64,000 nt of DNA from Aestuariivirga sp. (GTDB lineage Bacteria > Pseudomonadota > Alphaproteobacteria > Rhizobiales > Aestuariivirgaceae): positions 6,890-70,889 of the forward strand of contig NZ_JBAXGR010000008.1 of assembly GCF_037139295.1 (NCBI RefSeq). The letters run 5' to 3'. The number at the start of each line of letters is the position of its first letter. The first letter of the stretch is position 1. Made by a program: the position numbers and the translations under genes. Of this stretch, positions 9,703 to 18,577 are shown piece after piece. Under the pieces are notes generated by a model. The model worked only from the letters and a program-made list of their open reading frames with translations. It was not told the origin of the DNA and made no database searches.

Positions 9703-10979
9703 GGCAGGGCTTCGGGCTTCGGCCCGCCATAGGCCCAGTCGAGCAGTTCCACCGTGTGGACGATGGGGATCCTTGTGCCGAGGCCGATCTGGGTGATGCA
9801 GCCGATGTTGCCGGTGGCGACGGCCTGGGGGCTGAGAGACTCGATGTTCGCCACCTTGCGCTCGCGCAGCCTGGTGGCCAGTTCCGGCTGCAGGATGTTG
9901 TAGGTGCCGGCCGAGCCGCAGCACAGGTGGCCCTCGGGCACCTCCATCACCGTGAAGCCGGCACGTCGCAGCAGCCTCTGTGGTTCAGTCTTGATCTTCT
10001 GGCCATGCTGCATCGAGCAGGCGGAGTGATAGGCAAGGCGCAGGCCGCCCGTCGCCTCCGGCAGTTCCTGCGCGATGAGGTATTCGGTGACGTCCCTCGC
10101 CTTGGCGCTGATGGCCTTGGCCTTCTCCGCATAAGCCGGGTCGAGGCGCAGCATGTGGCCATAGTCCTTGATGGTGGTGCCGCAGCCCGATGCCGTGACG
10201 ATCACCGCATCGACGTCGGCCTTGGTCCACTGGTCCACCGAGCGCCGGACGCGGGCCAGCGCATCCTCTTCCTTGCCCATGTGGTGGGTGAGCGAGCCGC
10301 AGCAGGCCTCCTCGCCCGAGACGACGACCTCGAAGCCCAGCCGGTTCAGCAGCCGGATGGTGGCGGCGTTGATGCCGGGGTCGAGCACGCTCTGCACGCA
10401 GCCCATGAGCAGCGCCACGCGACCTTTTTTCTTACCGATTGCCGGATAGGTGCCGGGCTGGCCGATGCGCTCCGGCGTGGGCATGCGCTTCGGCACGAGG
10501 CCAAGCAGTGCCGCGATGCGCGTGGCACCGAAGGATTTTGCCACCGGTGCCAGCGGCGAGGCGAGCTTCGCGCCGATCAGCGACAGGCGGAACAGCTTCG
10601 GGCGCGGCATGGTGTAGGCCAGCACGTCCCTCAACAGCCGCTCGAACAAGGGCCTGTTATAGGTTTCCTCAACATGGGCGCGCGCCTCGTCCACGAGGTG
10701 CATGTAGTTGACGCCCGAGGGGCAGGTGGTCATGCAGGACAGGCACGAGAGGCAGCGGTCGAGGTGCTTCACCGTCTCGGCCGTCGCGGGCTCGCCGGAC
10801 TCCAGCATGTTCTTGATGAGGTAGATGCGGCCCCTGGGTGAGTCGAGCTCATCGCCCAGGAGCACATAGGTGGGGCAGGTGGCCGTGCAGAAGCCACAAT
10901 GCACGCACTTGCGCAGGATGTTGTTGGCCGCGTCGATGCGCGGGGTGGTCAATTGTTCAGGCGTGAAACTGGTCTGCAT
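9699..10979 (-). CDS. glcF: Glycolate oxidase Fe-S subunit
   Basis: CVHCGFCTATCP, DSPRGRI, CLSCLSCMTTCPSGV, two CCG domains. Confidence 0.95.
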   Translation of the reverse strand: MQTSFTPEQLTTPRIDAANNILRKCVHCGFCTATCPTYVLLGDELDSPRGRIYLIKNMLESGEPATAETVKHLDRCLSCLSCMTTCPSGVNYMHLVDEARAHVEETYNRPLFERLLRDVLAYTMPRPKLFRLSLIGAKLASPLAPVAKSFGATRIAALLGLVPKRMPTPERIGQPGTYPAIGKKKGRVALLMGCVQSVLDPGINAATIRLLNRLGFEVVVSGEEACCGSLTHHMGKEEDALARVRRSVDQWTKADVDAVIVTASGCGTTIKDYGHMLRLDPAYAEKAKAISAKARDVTEYLIAQELPEATGGLRLAYHSACSMQHGQKIKTEPQRLLRRAGFTVMEVPEGHLCCGSAGTYNILQPELATRLRERKVANIESLSPQAVATGNIGCITQIGLGTRIPIVHTVELLDWAYGGPKPEALP

Positions 10980-12130
10980 CAGATGCCCCGATACATGCGG
11001 CCGGGATTGAGGACGTGGCGCGGGTCGAAGGCATCCTTCACCCGGCCTGAGAGGGCTGCAAGCGCTGGCGCCTGCGGCTGGAACACGTCGACCGCCGCGC
11101 GGGTTGCTTCCGGCGCACGGATCAGCGTTGCATGGCCCGAAGCGAAGCTTGAGCGCACCAGCACCGCCGCGGCATCATGCGACGGTGGCACCTCCAGCCA
11201 GACGAGGCCGCCCGCCCAGTCGAAGAGATAGCGAATGTCGAGCTTGTCCTTCAGTACACGAATCATGCCCGGCGCGGCGGAGGGCGCCACCGAGATGCGC
11301 CACAGCGGGTGGCGCGGGTTCTCGGCGAACATCGCACCGTCGCGGATCGCCTGCCACTTGGCGATGGAACTCTTCGCCGCCATCACCTCGATGCCGCGCT
11401 TCAGCACCTTGCCCAGCTGGTCGCGGCGATAGGCCACCGAAGGCGCGATTCCTTCAAGGCGCAGATAGACGGCCTCGCCCGGAATGTAGGCCGCAGCGGA
11501 GACCTCGCAGGCCGACTGCATGGCAAGGCTCATCGCCTCCACCGCCTGCGCGTCGTCGAGGCCGGTCAGCACCACCGTCTCTTCCGTCTCGGGCGCGGGC
11601 AACACCTTGAGGATCACCGAGGTGAGTGCGGCGAGCGTGCCGTAAGAGCCGGTCAGCAGCTTCGGCATGTCATAGCCCGTCACGTTCTTCACCACGCGCG
11701 CGCCCGCCTTGAACACATTGCCCGCACCGGTGACGCCATGAATGCCGAGGATATGGTCGCGCACGGCACCGGCCTTGAGGCGGCGCGGGCCGGACAGGTT
11801 GCAGGCCACGAGGCCACCCACTGTGCCGTTGCCATGAGACCCCAGCAACGCCGACCAGTCGGGGGGCTCGAAGGCCAGCTGCTGGCCGCGCTGGCCAAGC
11901 ATGCGCTCGATCTCGGCCAGCGGCGTTGCGGCGCCAACGTCGAGGATCAGCTCTTCCGGTTCATAGGCGATGACGCCGGAGAAGGCAGACATGTCCAGCG
12001 TCGCCGCCGCCTGCACCGGGTGGCCCAGGTGGCGCTTGGTGCCGCTGCCGATGATCTCCAGCGGCGCCTTTGCCGCGGCGATCATGTCCGACAATTCGGT
12101 TTCGGTGGCAGGCTTCAGCACGGCGATCAT
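10979..12130 (-). CDS. glcE: Glycolate oxidase FAD-binding subunit
   Basis: YEPEEL, GPRRLKAGAVRD, GARVVKNVTGYD, FDPRHVLNPGRM. Confidence 0.93.
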   Translation of the reverse strand: MIAVLKPATETELSDMIAAAKAPLEIIGSGTKRHLGHPVQAAATLDMSAFSGVIAYEPEELILDVGAATPLAEIERMLGQRGQQLAFEPPDWSALLGSHGNGTVGGLVACNLSGPRRLKAGAVRDHILGIHGVTGAGNVFKAGARVVKNVTGYDMPKLLTGSYGTLAALTSVILKVLPAPETEETVVLTGLDDAQAVEAMSLAMQSACEVSAAAYIPGEAVYLRLEGIAPSVAYRRDQLGKVLKRGIEVMAAKSSIAKWQAIRDGAMFAENPRHPLWRISVAPSAAPGMIRVLKDKLDIRYLFDWAGGLVWLEVPPSHDAAAVLVRSSFASGHATLIRAPEATRAAVDVFQPQAPALAALSGRVKDAFDPRHVLNPGRMYRGI

Positions 12131-13620
12131 CAGAATCTTGGGATCTCCGGGAAGGGAAGCGCCCCGCCCTTCACATGCATGCGGCCCAGCTCCGCACAGC
12201 GGTGAAGCGTGGGGAACACCTTGCCGGGGTTCAGCAGGCCCTTGTCGTCAAAGGCGCACTTCACGCGCATCTGCTGGGCGAGATCGCCTTCCGTGAACAT
12301 CTCCGGCATCAGGTCGCGCTTTTCGATGCCCACGCCATGCTCGCCCGTCAGCACGCCGCCCACCTTCACGCAGAGGCGCAGGATGTCGGCGCCGAATTTT
12401 TCCGCGCGGTCGAGTTCGTCCGCATTGTTGGCATCATAGAGGATCAGCGGATGTAGGTTGCCGTCGCCTGCGTGGAAGACATTGGCCACACGCAGCCGGT
12501 GCAGCTTCGAAAGCTCTGCCATGCCCTGCAGCACTTCCGGCAGGCGCTTCCTCGGAATGGTGCCGTCCATGCAGAGATAGTCCGGCGAGATGCGCCCCAC
12601 GGCCGGGAAGGCCGCCTTGCGGCCTGCCCAGAACAGCATGCGCTCTTCCTCGGACGTCGAGATGCGCAGCGTCGTGGCCTTGTTGGCGCGCGCAATCTCG
12701 GAGACGCGCTCGATCAGATGGTCGACCTCGACTTGCGGCCCGTCGAGCTCGACGATCAGCAGCGCCTCGACGTCGAGCGGGTAGTCGGCATGGACGAAGT
12801 CTTCCGCCGCGTGGATCGCCGGGCGGTCCATCATCTCCATGCCGCCCGGAATGATGCCGGCCGAAATGACATCAGCCACGCATTGCCCGGCATCCTCGCT
12901 CGAGGGGAAGCCCACCAGCACGGCGCGCGCCGTCTCGGGCTTCTGCAGGATGCGCACGGTCACCTCGGTGACGACGCCGAGCAGGCCCTCGGAGCCCGTC
13001 ATGATGCCAAGGAGGTCATAGCCTTCCGAGTCGAGGTGCTTGCCACCCAGCCTGATCACCTCACCGGTCACCAGCACCATCTCGATTCCCAGCACGTTGT
13101 TGGCGGTGAGGCCGTATTTGAGGCAGTGCACGCCGCCCGAATTCTCCGCAACATTGCCGCCGATGGTGCAGGCGATCTGGGATGAGGGGTCCGGCGCGTA
13201 GTAAAAGCCCTTGTGCTCCACCGCCTTGGTGATGGCGAGGTTGGTGACGCCGGGCTGCACCACGGCGCAGCGGTTGGCGTAATCGATCTCCAACACCCGG
13301 TTGAACTTCGCCAGCCCCAGCAGGATGCCATCGGCCAGCGGCAGCGCACCGCCGGAGAGCGACGTGCCCGCGCCCCGCGGCACCACCTTGATCTCATTCT
13401 CATGGGCATATTTCAGCACGGCGGAGACCTGCGCCACCGTCTCCGGCAGGACCACCACGAGCGGCATCTGGCGATAGGCGGTGAGGCCATCGGTCTCGAA
13501 GGCCCGCATTTCGACGGGCAACTCGATCACGCCTTCGCCGGGAACGATGCGGCGCAGCGCCGCAGCGATGACCGAACGGCGCTCGATCGTGTCCTGGTCG
13601 GGGACGGGCATTGTGAGCAT
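12130..13620 (-). CDS. glcD: Glycolate oxidase subunit GlcD (FAD-linked oxidase)
   Basis: PRGAGTSLSGG, YAPDPSS, GGVHCLKYG, FHAGDGNLHP, GEHGVG. Start MLTMP at 13620; the track's 14268 start is a GC-driven extension. Confidence 0.95.
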   Translation of the reverse strand: MLTMPVPDQDTIERRSVIAAALRRIVPGEGVIELPVEMRAFETDGLTAYRQMPLVVVLPETVAQVSAVLKYAHENEIKVVPRGAGTSLSGGALPLADGILLGLAKFNRVLEIDYANRCAVVQPGVTNLAITKAVEHKGFYYAPDPSSQIACTIGGNVAENSGGVHCLKYGLTANNVLGIEMVLVTGEVIRLGGKHLDSEGYDLLGIMTGSEGLLGVVTEVTVRILQKPETARAVLVGFPSSEDAGQCVADVISAGIIPGGMEMMDRPAIHAAEDFVHADYPLDVEALLIVELDGPQVEVDHLIERVSEIARANKATTLRISTSEEERMLFWAGRKAAFPAVGRISPDYLCMDGTIPRKRLPEVLQGMAELSKLHRLRVANVFHAGDGNLHPLILYDANNADELDRAEKFGADILRLCVKVGGVLTGEHGVGIEKRDLMPEMFTEGDLAQQMRVKCAFDDKGLLNPGKVFPTLHRCAELGRMHVKGGALPFPEIPRF

Positions 13621-13660
13621 GGGTGATCTTTTCGCAGCCTGCAGCGTTAGAAGAAACGGA

Positions 13661-13689
13661 ATTAAACCTCGTCCGAACACCCATTGCAA
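13661..13689 (-). promoter_or_regulatory. Putative sigma70 promoter for glcD
   Basis: Minus strand TTGCAA-N17-TTTAAT. Confidence 0.5.
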
Positions 13690-13713
13690 CGAAAGATCAA
13701 CGGAGTGACCCAC

Positions 13714-14094
13714 ATGACCCGACTGACGATCACGCTGCTGTCCCTTCTGGCGCTTCCCGCCGCCGCATTCGCCCAGGATTCGGGCGACGCCGCCAAGGGC
13801 GAGAAGGTCTTCGCCCAGTGCAAGGCCTGCCACGAGGTCGACAAGGGCGTCAACAAGGTGGGACCCACGCTCAAGGGCGTGATCGGCCGCAACGTCGCCT
13901 CGGTGCCGGACTACAAGTATTCCACGGCCATGCAGGATTTCGCCAAGACCCATCCGGCTTGGACCGACGAACTCTTCCTCATCTATATCGAGAACCCCAA
14001 GAAAGAGGTTCCGGGCACCAAGATGGCCTTCGGCGGCGTGAAGAAACCTGACGACCGCGCCAACCTGCTCGCCTATCTCAAGACCAAGAACTGA
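13714..14094 (+). CDS. Periplasmic cytochrome c2/c550-type (class I cytochrome c)
   Basis: Signal peptide (LPAAAFA), GDAAKGEKVF, heme motif CKACH, VGPTL, PGTKMAF. Confidence 0.93.
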   Translation: MTRLTITLLSLLALPAAAFAQDSGDAAKGEKVFAQCKACHEVDKGVNKVGPTLKGVIGRNVASVPDYKYSTAMQDFAKTHPAWTDELFLIYIENPKKEVPGTKMAFGGVKKPDDRANLLAYLKTKN

Positions 14095-14158
14095 GGGAAG
14101 CCTTGCGGCCACCCGCGGGGGCTGGCAAAACCCTTCCCCCGTACACCCCCGAGGTTCC

Positions 14159-14923
14159 ATGCCTGACACTTCCCCGCGCATTGGCCTGTTCGTCACCTGC
14201 CTCGTCGACATGTTCCGGCCCTCCGTCGGCTTTGCCGCGGTGAAGCTGCTGGAGGATGCCGGCTGCACGGTGGAAGTGCCCGAGGCCCAGACCTGCTGCG
14301 GCCAGCCCGCCTACAACTCAGGCGACACGGCCAGCGCCCGCGCCATTGCCCGCAACGTCATCGCCGCCTTCAAGGGCTATGACTACGTGGTGGCGCCATC
14401 CGGCTCCTGCGGCGGCATGATGGTGAAGCATTACCCGGAACTCTTCGAGCCCGGCTCGACCGACCATGAAGAGGCGCTGGACCTGAGCCGCCGCACCCAT
14501 GAGCTCACGTCATTCCTCACCCGCGTGCTGAAGGTGGAGCGGGTCGAGGCGCAGTTCCCGGCGCGCGCCACCTACCATGACTCCTGCTCAGGGCTCCGCG
14601 AACTCGGCATCCGCAACGAGCCGCGCAAGCTGCTGGCCTCGGTTGAAGGCGTGTCGCTCCGCGAAATGACGGATGCGGAAGTGTGCTGCGGCTTCGGCGG
14701 CACCTTCTGCGTGAAGTATCCCGGCATCTCCGACAAGATGCTGGAGAAGAAGCTGCGCCACATCGAGGCGACGGGGGCCGACACGCTGATTGCAGGTGAC
14801 CTTGGCTGCCTGATGAACATGGCCGGCAAGCTGAAGCGCGTCGGCTCCGCCATCAAGGTGCGCCACGTGGCGGAAGTGCTGGCGGGCGACTATGGAACGC
14901 CCCCCATTGCGGAGGCCGAGTGA
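14159..14923 (+). CDS. lutA: Lactate utilization protein A (CCG-domain; LutA/LldE)
   Basis: FVTCLVD, QTCCGQPAYNSG, YHDSCSGLRE, CCGFGGTF, DLGCLMNM. Confidence 0.9.
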   Translation: MPDTSPRIGLFVTCLVDMFRPSVGFAAVKLLEDAGCTVEVPEAQTCCGQPAYNSGDTASARAIARNVIAAFKGYDYVVAPSGSCGGMMVKHYPELFEPGSTDHEEALDLSRRTHELTSFLTRVLKVERVEAQFPARATYHDSCSGLRELGIRNEPRKLLASVEGVSLREMTDAEVCCGFGGTFCVKYPGISDKMLEKKLRHIEATGADTLIAGDLGCLMNMAGKLKRVGSAIKVRHVAEVLAGDYGTPPIAEAE

Positions 14924-16338
14924 TGGATCTGGGTGCCGCCAACTTCAAGGACAATGTCGGCAAGGCGCTGGCTGACGACAAGCTCCAGAATGCCATGACC
15001 GAAACGGGCCCACGCTTCATCTACAAGCGCACCAAGGCCCGCGATGCACTGCCGGAGTTCGACGCGCTGCGCGACCAGGCGCGCGACATCAAGGACCACG
15101 TGCTCGACCACCTCGACATCTACCTCGAGACATACGAGGCGAAGGTGAAGGCAACGGGCGGCCACGTGCACTGGGCGGAAACGCCGGATGATGCCCGCGC
15201 CGCCGTGCTGGAAATCTGCCGCAAGGCCAACGCGAAGATGGTCACCAAGGGCAAGTCGATGATCTCGGAAGAGATCGACCTGAACCAGCATCTCGAAGCC
15301 AATGGCATCACGCCGGTCGAGACCGACCTCGGCGAATATATCATCCAGCTCCGCAACGAGCGGCCCAGCCACATCATCGCCCCCGCCGTGCACCTGACGC
15401 GCGACCAGGTAGAAGCTGATTTCCGCCGCGTCCACACCCACCTCGATCCGAAGCGCGACCTGACCGAGATCCCGGCGCTGGTTGAGGAGGCGCGCGCCGT
15501 TCTGCGGCAGAAATATCTCACAGCTGATGTCGGTATCACCGGTGCCAACTTCCTCATCGCCGAGACCGGCACCTCGATCATCGTCACCAATGAGGGCAAC
15601 GGCGACCTCACACAGACTTTGCCGAAGGTCCACATCGTGCTGGCCTCGATCGAGAAGCTGGTGCCGACGCTGGAGGATGCGACCACCATCCTGCGCGTGC
15701 TGGCGCGCTCCGCCACGGGGCAGGATTTCTCGAACTATACGACCTTCTCCACCGGCGGCCGCCGCCCGGGCGACCCGGATGGTCCGGTCGAATATCACGT
15801 CATCCTGCTCGACAATGGCCGCTCGGCCGTGCTCGGCACCGAGTTCCAGGACATGCTGCGCTGCATCCGCTGCGGCGCCTGCCTCAACCATTGCCCTGTC
15901 TACAATGCAGTGGGCGGCCACGCCTATGGCTGGGTCTATCCCGGCCCCATCGGCTCGGTGGTGACACCGGCACTGATCGGCATTGAAAATGCAAAGCACC
16001 TTCCCAACGCATCGACCTTCTGCGGCCGCTGCGAGGAAGTCTGCCCGATGCGCATCCCCATCCCCAAGATGCTGCGCCACTGGCGCGAGAAGGAGTTCGA
16101 GCGCCACCTGCAGCCCACTTCGATGCGCTGGGGCCTCGGGCTCTGGGCCTGGATGGCGAAGCATCCGAAGCTTTATCGCAAGGCCACGGCCCTTGCGGCG
16201 CGTATTCTCGCCAACCAGGCATTCGGCAAGGGGCGCCTGAAGAAAGTACCGCTCGCCTCGGGCTGGACGGAGTTCCGTGACATGCCCGCACCGCAGGGCA
16301 AGACCTTCCACCAGCTGTGGAAGGAGCGCCGCTCATGA
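14923..16338 (+). CDS. lutB: Lactate utilization protein B (Fe-S; LutB/LldF)
   Basis: KGKSMISEEI, VETDLGEYI, PSHIIAPAVH, CIRCGACLNHCPVY, STFCGRCEEVCP; TGATG overlap with lutA. Confidence 0.93.
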   Translation: MDLGAANFKDNVGKALADDKLQNAMTETGPRFIYKRTKARDALPEFDALRDQARDIKDHVLDHLDIYLETYEAKVKATGGHVHWAETPDDARAAVLEICRKANAKMVTKGKSMISEEIDLNQHLEANGITPVETDLGEYIIQLRNERPSHIIAPAVHLTRDQVEADFRRVHTHLDPKRDLTEIPALVEEARAVLRQKYLTADVGITGANFLIAETGTSIIVTNEGNGDLTQTLPKVHIVLASIEKLVPTLEDATTILRVLARSATGQDFSNYTTFSTGGRRPGDPDGPVEYHVILLDNGRSAVLGTEFQDMLRCIRCGACLNHCPVYNAVGGHAYGWVYPGPIGSVVTPALIGIENAKHLPNASTFCGRCEEVCPMRIPIPKMLRHWREKEFERHLQPTSMRWGLGLWAWMAKHPKLYRKATALAARILANQAFGKGRLKKVPLASGWTEFRDMPAPQGKTFHQLWKERRS

Positions 16339-17003
16339 GCGCGCGTGAAACCATCATGGCCCGCGTGCGCGCCAAGCTGCCGAAGGGACCGGAAGGCGCG
16401 CGCCGCGAGGCGGTGGAACTGCACATGGCACAGCACCCGCGCAACCTCATTCCGGCGCGCGGCGAGGGCGACATCGACCACCGCATCCGCGTCTTCACCG
16501 AGATGATGGTGGCGGTGGGCGGCACGGTGGAGATCATCGATGACGTGAACGAGGTGCCACACCACGTGGCCGTCTATCTGCGTGACGGCAACCTGCCCGC
16601 CGTGGTGCGGCGCGGAAGCGATCCACTGCTGGCGAAGCTGCCCTGGCATCGCGGCGGCACGCTGGAGGTGACGGAAGGCCCGGCGGTCGACGCTGACCGC
16701 GCCTCGATTTCCCATGCCTTTGCGGGTGTGGCCGAGTCTGGCACCATCGTGCAGATTTCAGGGCCGGAAAACCCAACAACGCTCAACTTCCTGCCCGAAG
16801 CGCATATCGTGGTGCTCGAATCCGCCGCCCTTTTTGGCAGCTATGAAGAGGCGTGGAGCAAGTTGCGCAGCCAGATGGGAGAGGGCAACATGCCGCGCAC
16901 CGTGAACATGATCTCGGGCCCGTCCCGCACCGCCGACATCGAGCAAACCATCGTGAGGCCCGCCCATGGCCCGAAGAACATGCACGTCATCATCGTCCGC
17001 TAG
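16335..17003 (+). CDS. lutC: Lactate utilization protein C (LutC/LldG)
   Basis: ATGA overlap with lutB; AGVAESGTIV, TLNFLPEAH, ISGPSRTADIEQ. Confidence 0.9.
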   Translation: MSARETIMARVRAKLPKGPEGARREAVELHMAQHPRNLIPARGEGDIDHRIRVFTEMMVAVGGTVEIIDDVNEVPHHVAVYLRDGNLPAVVRRGSDPLLAKLPWHRGGTLEVTEGPAVDADRASISHAFAGVAESGTIVQISGPENPTTLNFLPEAHIVVLESAALFGSYEEAWSKLRSQMGEGNMPRTVNMISGPSRTADIEQTIVRPAHGPKNMHVIIVR

Positions 17004-17484
17004 CCTGCTCGTGCTTCTGCTCTCGTCCGGCGCGGCACTGGCCTGTGCCGACGATGAGGCGACGCTGTTTTCCTGCCTCGCCAAGGACCAGTCCCACACC
17101 ATCGAGCTTTGCGCGGTGAGGGACGATGCGGCGGGCGGCTTCCAGTCGCTGCAATACCGCTATGGCACGGCGGAGAGGGCAGAGCTCACCTTCCCCGAGA
17201 ACCGCGACGAGGGCAGGGGGGCCATGTCGTTCGCCCATGCCTTCGATGGCAACGCTTATGTCTGGTCGCTGCGCTTCGCCAATGAGGGCTACACCTACCG
17301 GCTGTTCGGCATGGGCGATGATGCCGGGGTGGAGGTCTGGCGCAAGAAGAAGCGGCTGGCGCAGGTGATGTGCGGCGAACGCCCCTATGCCATGACGGCG
17401 GATATCCGGAAGGCGGCGGGCTGCGACCTCAACAACCCCTTTGGCGCGGCCGGCTGCGGCGAGGTTCCCCCGCAACGCAAGTGA
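16966..17484 (+). CDS. Hypothetical secreted protein
   Basis: Hydrophobic signal-like segment (SLLVLLLSSGAALA); several Cys (FSC, ELC, VMC, AGC x2); QYRYG motif. Start uncertain; overlaps the lutC end. Confidence 0.6.
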   Translation: MARRTCTSSSSASLLVLLLSSGAALACADDEATLFSCLAKDQSHTIELCAVRDDAAGGFQSLQYRYGTAERAELTFPENRDEGRGAMSFAHAFDGNAYVWSLRFANEGYTYRLFGMGDDAGVEVWRKKKRLAQVMCGERPYAMTADIRKAAGCDLNNPFGAAGCGEVPPQRK

Positions 17485-17552
17485 TCTTTTGACTTAGTGC
17501 CAATTCATCGGCATTTTGCGCCCATCGTCATACAAATGGGATGGAACGTCAG

Positions 17553-18398
17553 ATGAAGCTGGTGCGTTACGGTGCGATAGGCAAGGAAAAGCCGGGCATT
17601 CTCGACAAGGACGGGAAGCTGCGCGATCTCTCTGCGGTGATCCCGGACATTTCGGGCGAGACGATCTCGCCGAAGAGCCTCTCCCGCCTCAAGAAGATCA
17701 AGCCGGAATCGCTGCCCCTCGTGCGCGGCAAGCCACGCATCGGCGCCTGCATCGCCAATCCGCAGAAGTTCATCGCCATCGGCCTCAACTATTCCGATCA
17801 CGCCGCCGAGTCGGGCTTGGCTGTGCCGAAGGAGCCCGTCGTTTTCACCAAGCAGGTGAGCTGTGTGTCGGGTCCCTTCGACGACGTGACCATTCCGCCC
17901 AAGTCCAAGAAGTCGGACTGGGAGGTGGAGCTGGGCGTCATCATCGGAACCAAGGCCAAGAACATCAAGAAGGCCGACGCGCTGAAACATGTCGCCGGCT
18001 ACTGCACCATCAACGACCTCTCGGAGCGCGAGTTCCAGGCGGAGCGCTCCGGCCAGTGGACCAAGGGCAAGTCCTACGACACCTTCGGGCCCGTGGGCCC
18101 GTGGCTCGTCACGGCGGATGAGGTCAAGGACCCGCAGAAGCTGCATATGTGGCTCGATCTCAACGGCAAGCGCGTGCAGGACGGTTCGACCTCCACCATG
18201 GTGTTCGGCGTCGCCCACATCGTGGCCTATCTCTCGCAGTTCTTCACGCTCATGCCGGGCGACATCATCACCACCGGCACGCCGCCGGGCGTCGGCATGG
18301 GCATGAAGCCGCAGCGCTTCCTGAAGCCCGGCGACACCATGCGCCTTGGCATCGAGGGCCTGGGCGAGCAGGGCCAGAAGGTGGTTCGCGATAAGTGA
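17553..18398 (+). CDS. Fumarylacetoacetate hydrolase family protein
   Basis: MKLVRYG..EKPG, IGLNY.DHAAE, DWEVELG, NDLSER, KGKSYDTFGP, GDIITTGTPPGVG. Confidence 0.92.
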   Translation: MKLVRYGAIGKEKPGILDKDGKLRDLSAVIPDISGETISPKSLSRLKKIKPESLPLVRGKPRIGACIANPQKFIAIGLNYSDHAAESGLAVPKEPVVFTKQVSCVSGPFDDVTIPPKSKKSDWEVELGVIIGTKAKNIKKADALKHVAGYCTINDLSEREFQAERSGQWTKGKSYDTFGPVGPWLVTADEVKDPQKLHMWLDLNGKRVQDGSTSTMVFGVAHIVAYLSQFFTLMPGDIITTGTPPGVGMGMKPQRFLKPGDTMRLGIEGLGEQGQKVVRDK

Positions 18399-18432
18399 CG
18401 GCTCAAAGGGAGCCGTCTCGCTCTACTTAATT

Positions 18433-18510
18433 CCGTCATCCCGGCGAAAGCCGGGACCCAGCTACCTTTGGGTCAGCAAAGCTGGGCCCCGGCTTTCGCC
18501 GGGGTGACGG
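18433..18510. repeat. REP-like palindromic dimer (CGTC type)
   Basis: ccgtcatcccggcgaaagccgggacccagc ... gctgggccccggctttcgccggggtgacgg; inverted arms, each with an internal hairpin. Confidence 0.8.
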
Positions 18511-18521
18511 CTTTTGCAAGG

Positions 18522-18550
18522 TTGCCCCCCGGCCCCCGTTCCTCTAGATA
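18522..18550 (+). promoter_or_regulatory. Putative sigma70 promoter of hisS
   Basis: TTGCCC-N17-TAGATA. Confidence 0.5.
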
Positions 18551-18577
18551 ACCCGCCAATCAAGCCGGGTTGCCCAG

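Noticed and set aside
12130-14268. 712-aa extended GlcD
   Set aside because: The N-terminal extension overlaps the cytochrome c gene on the opposite strand; GlcD homology starts at 13620.
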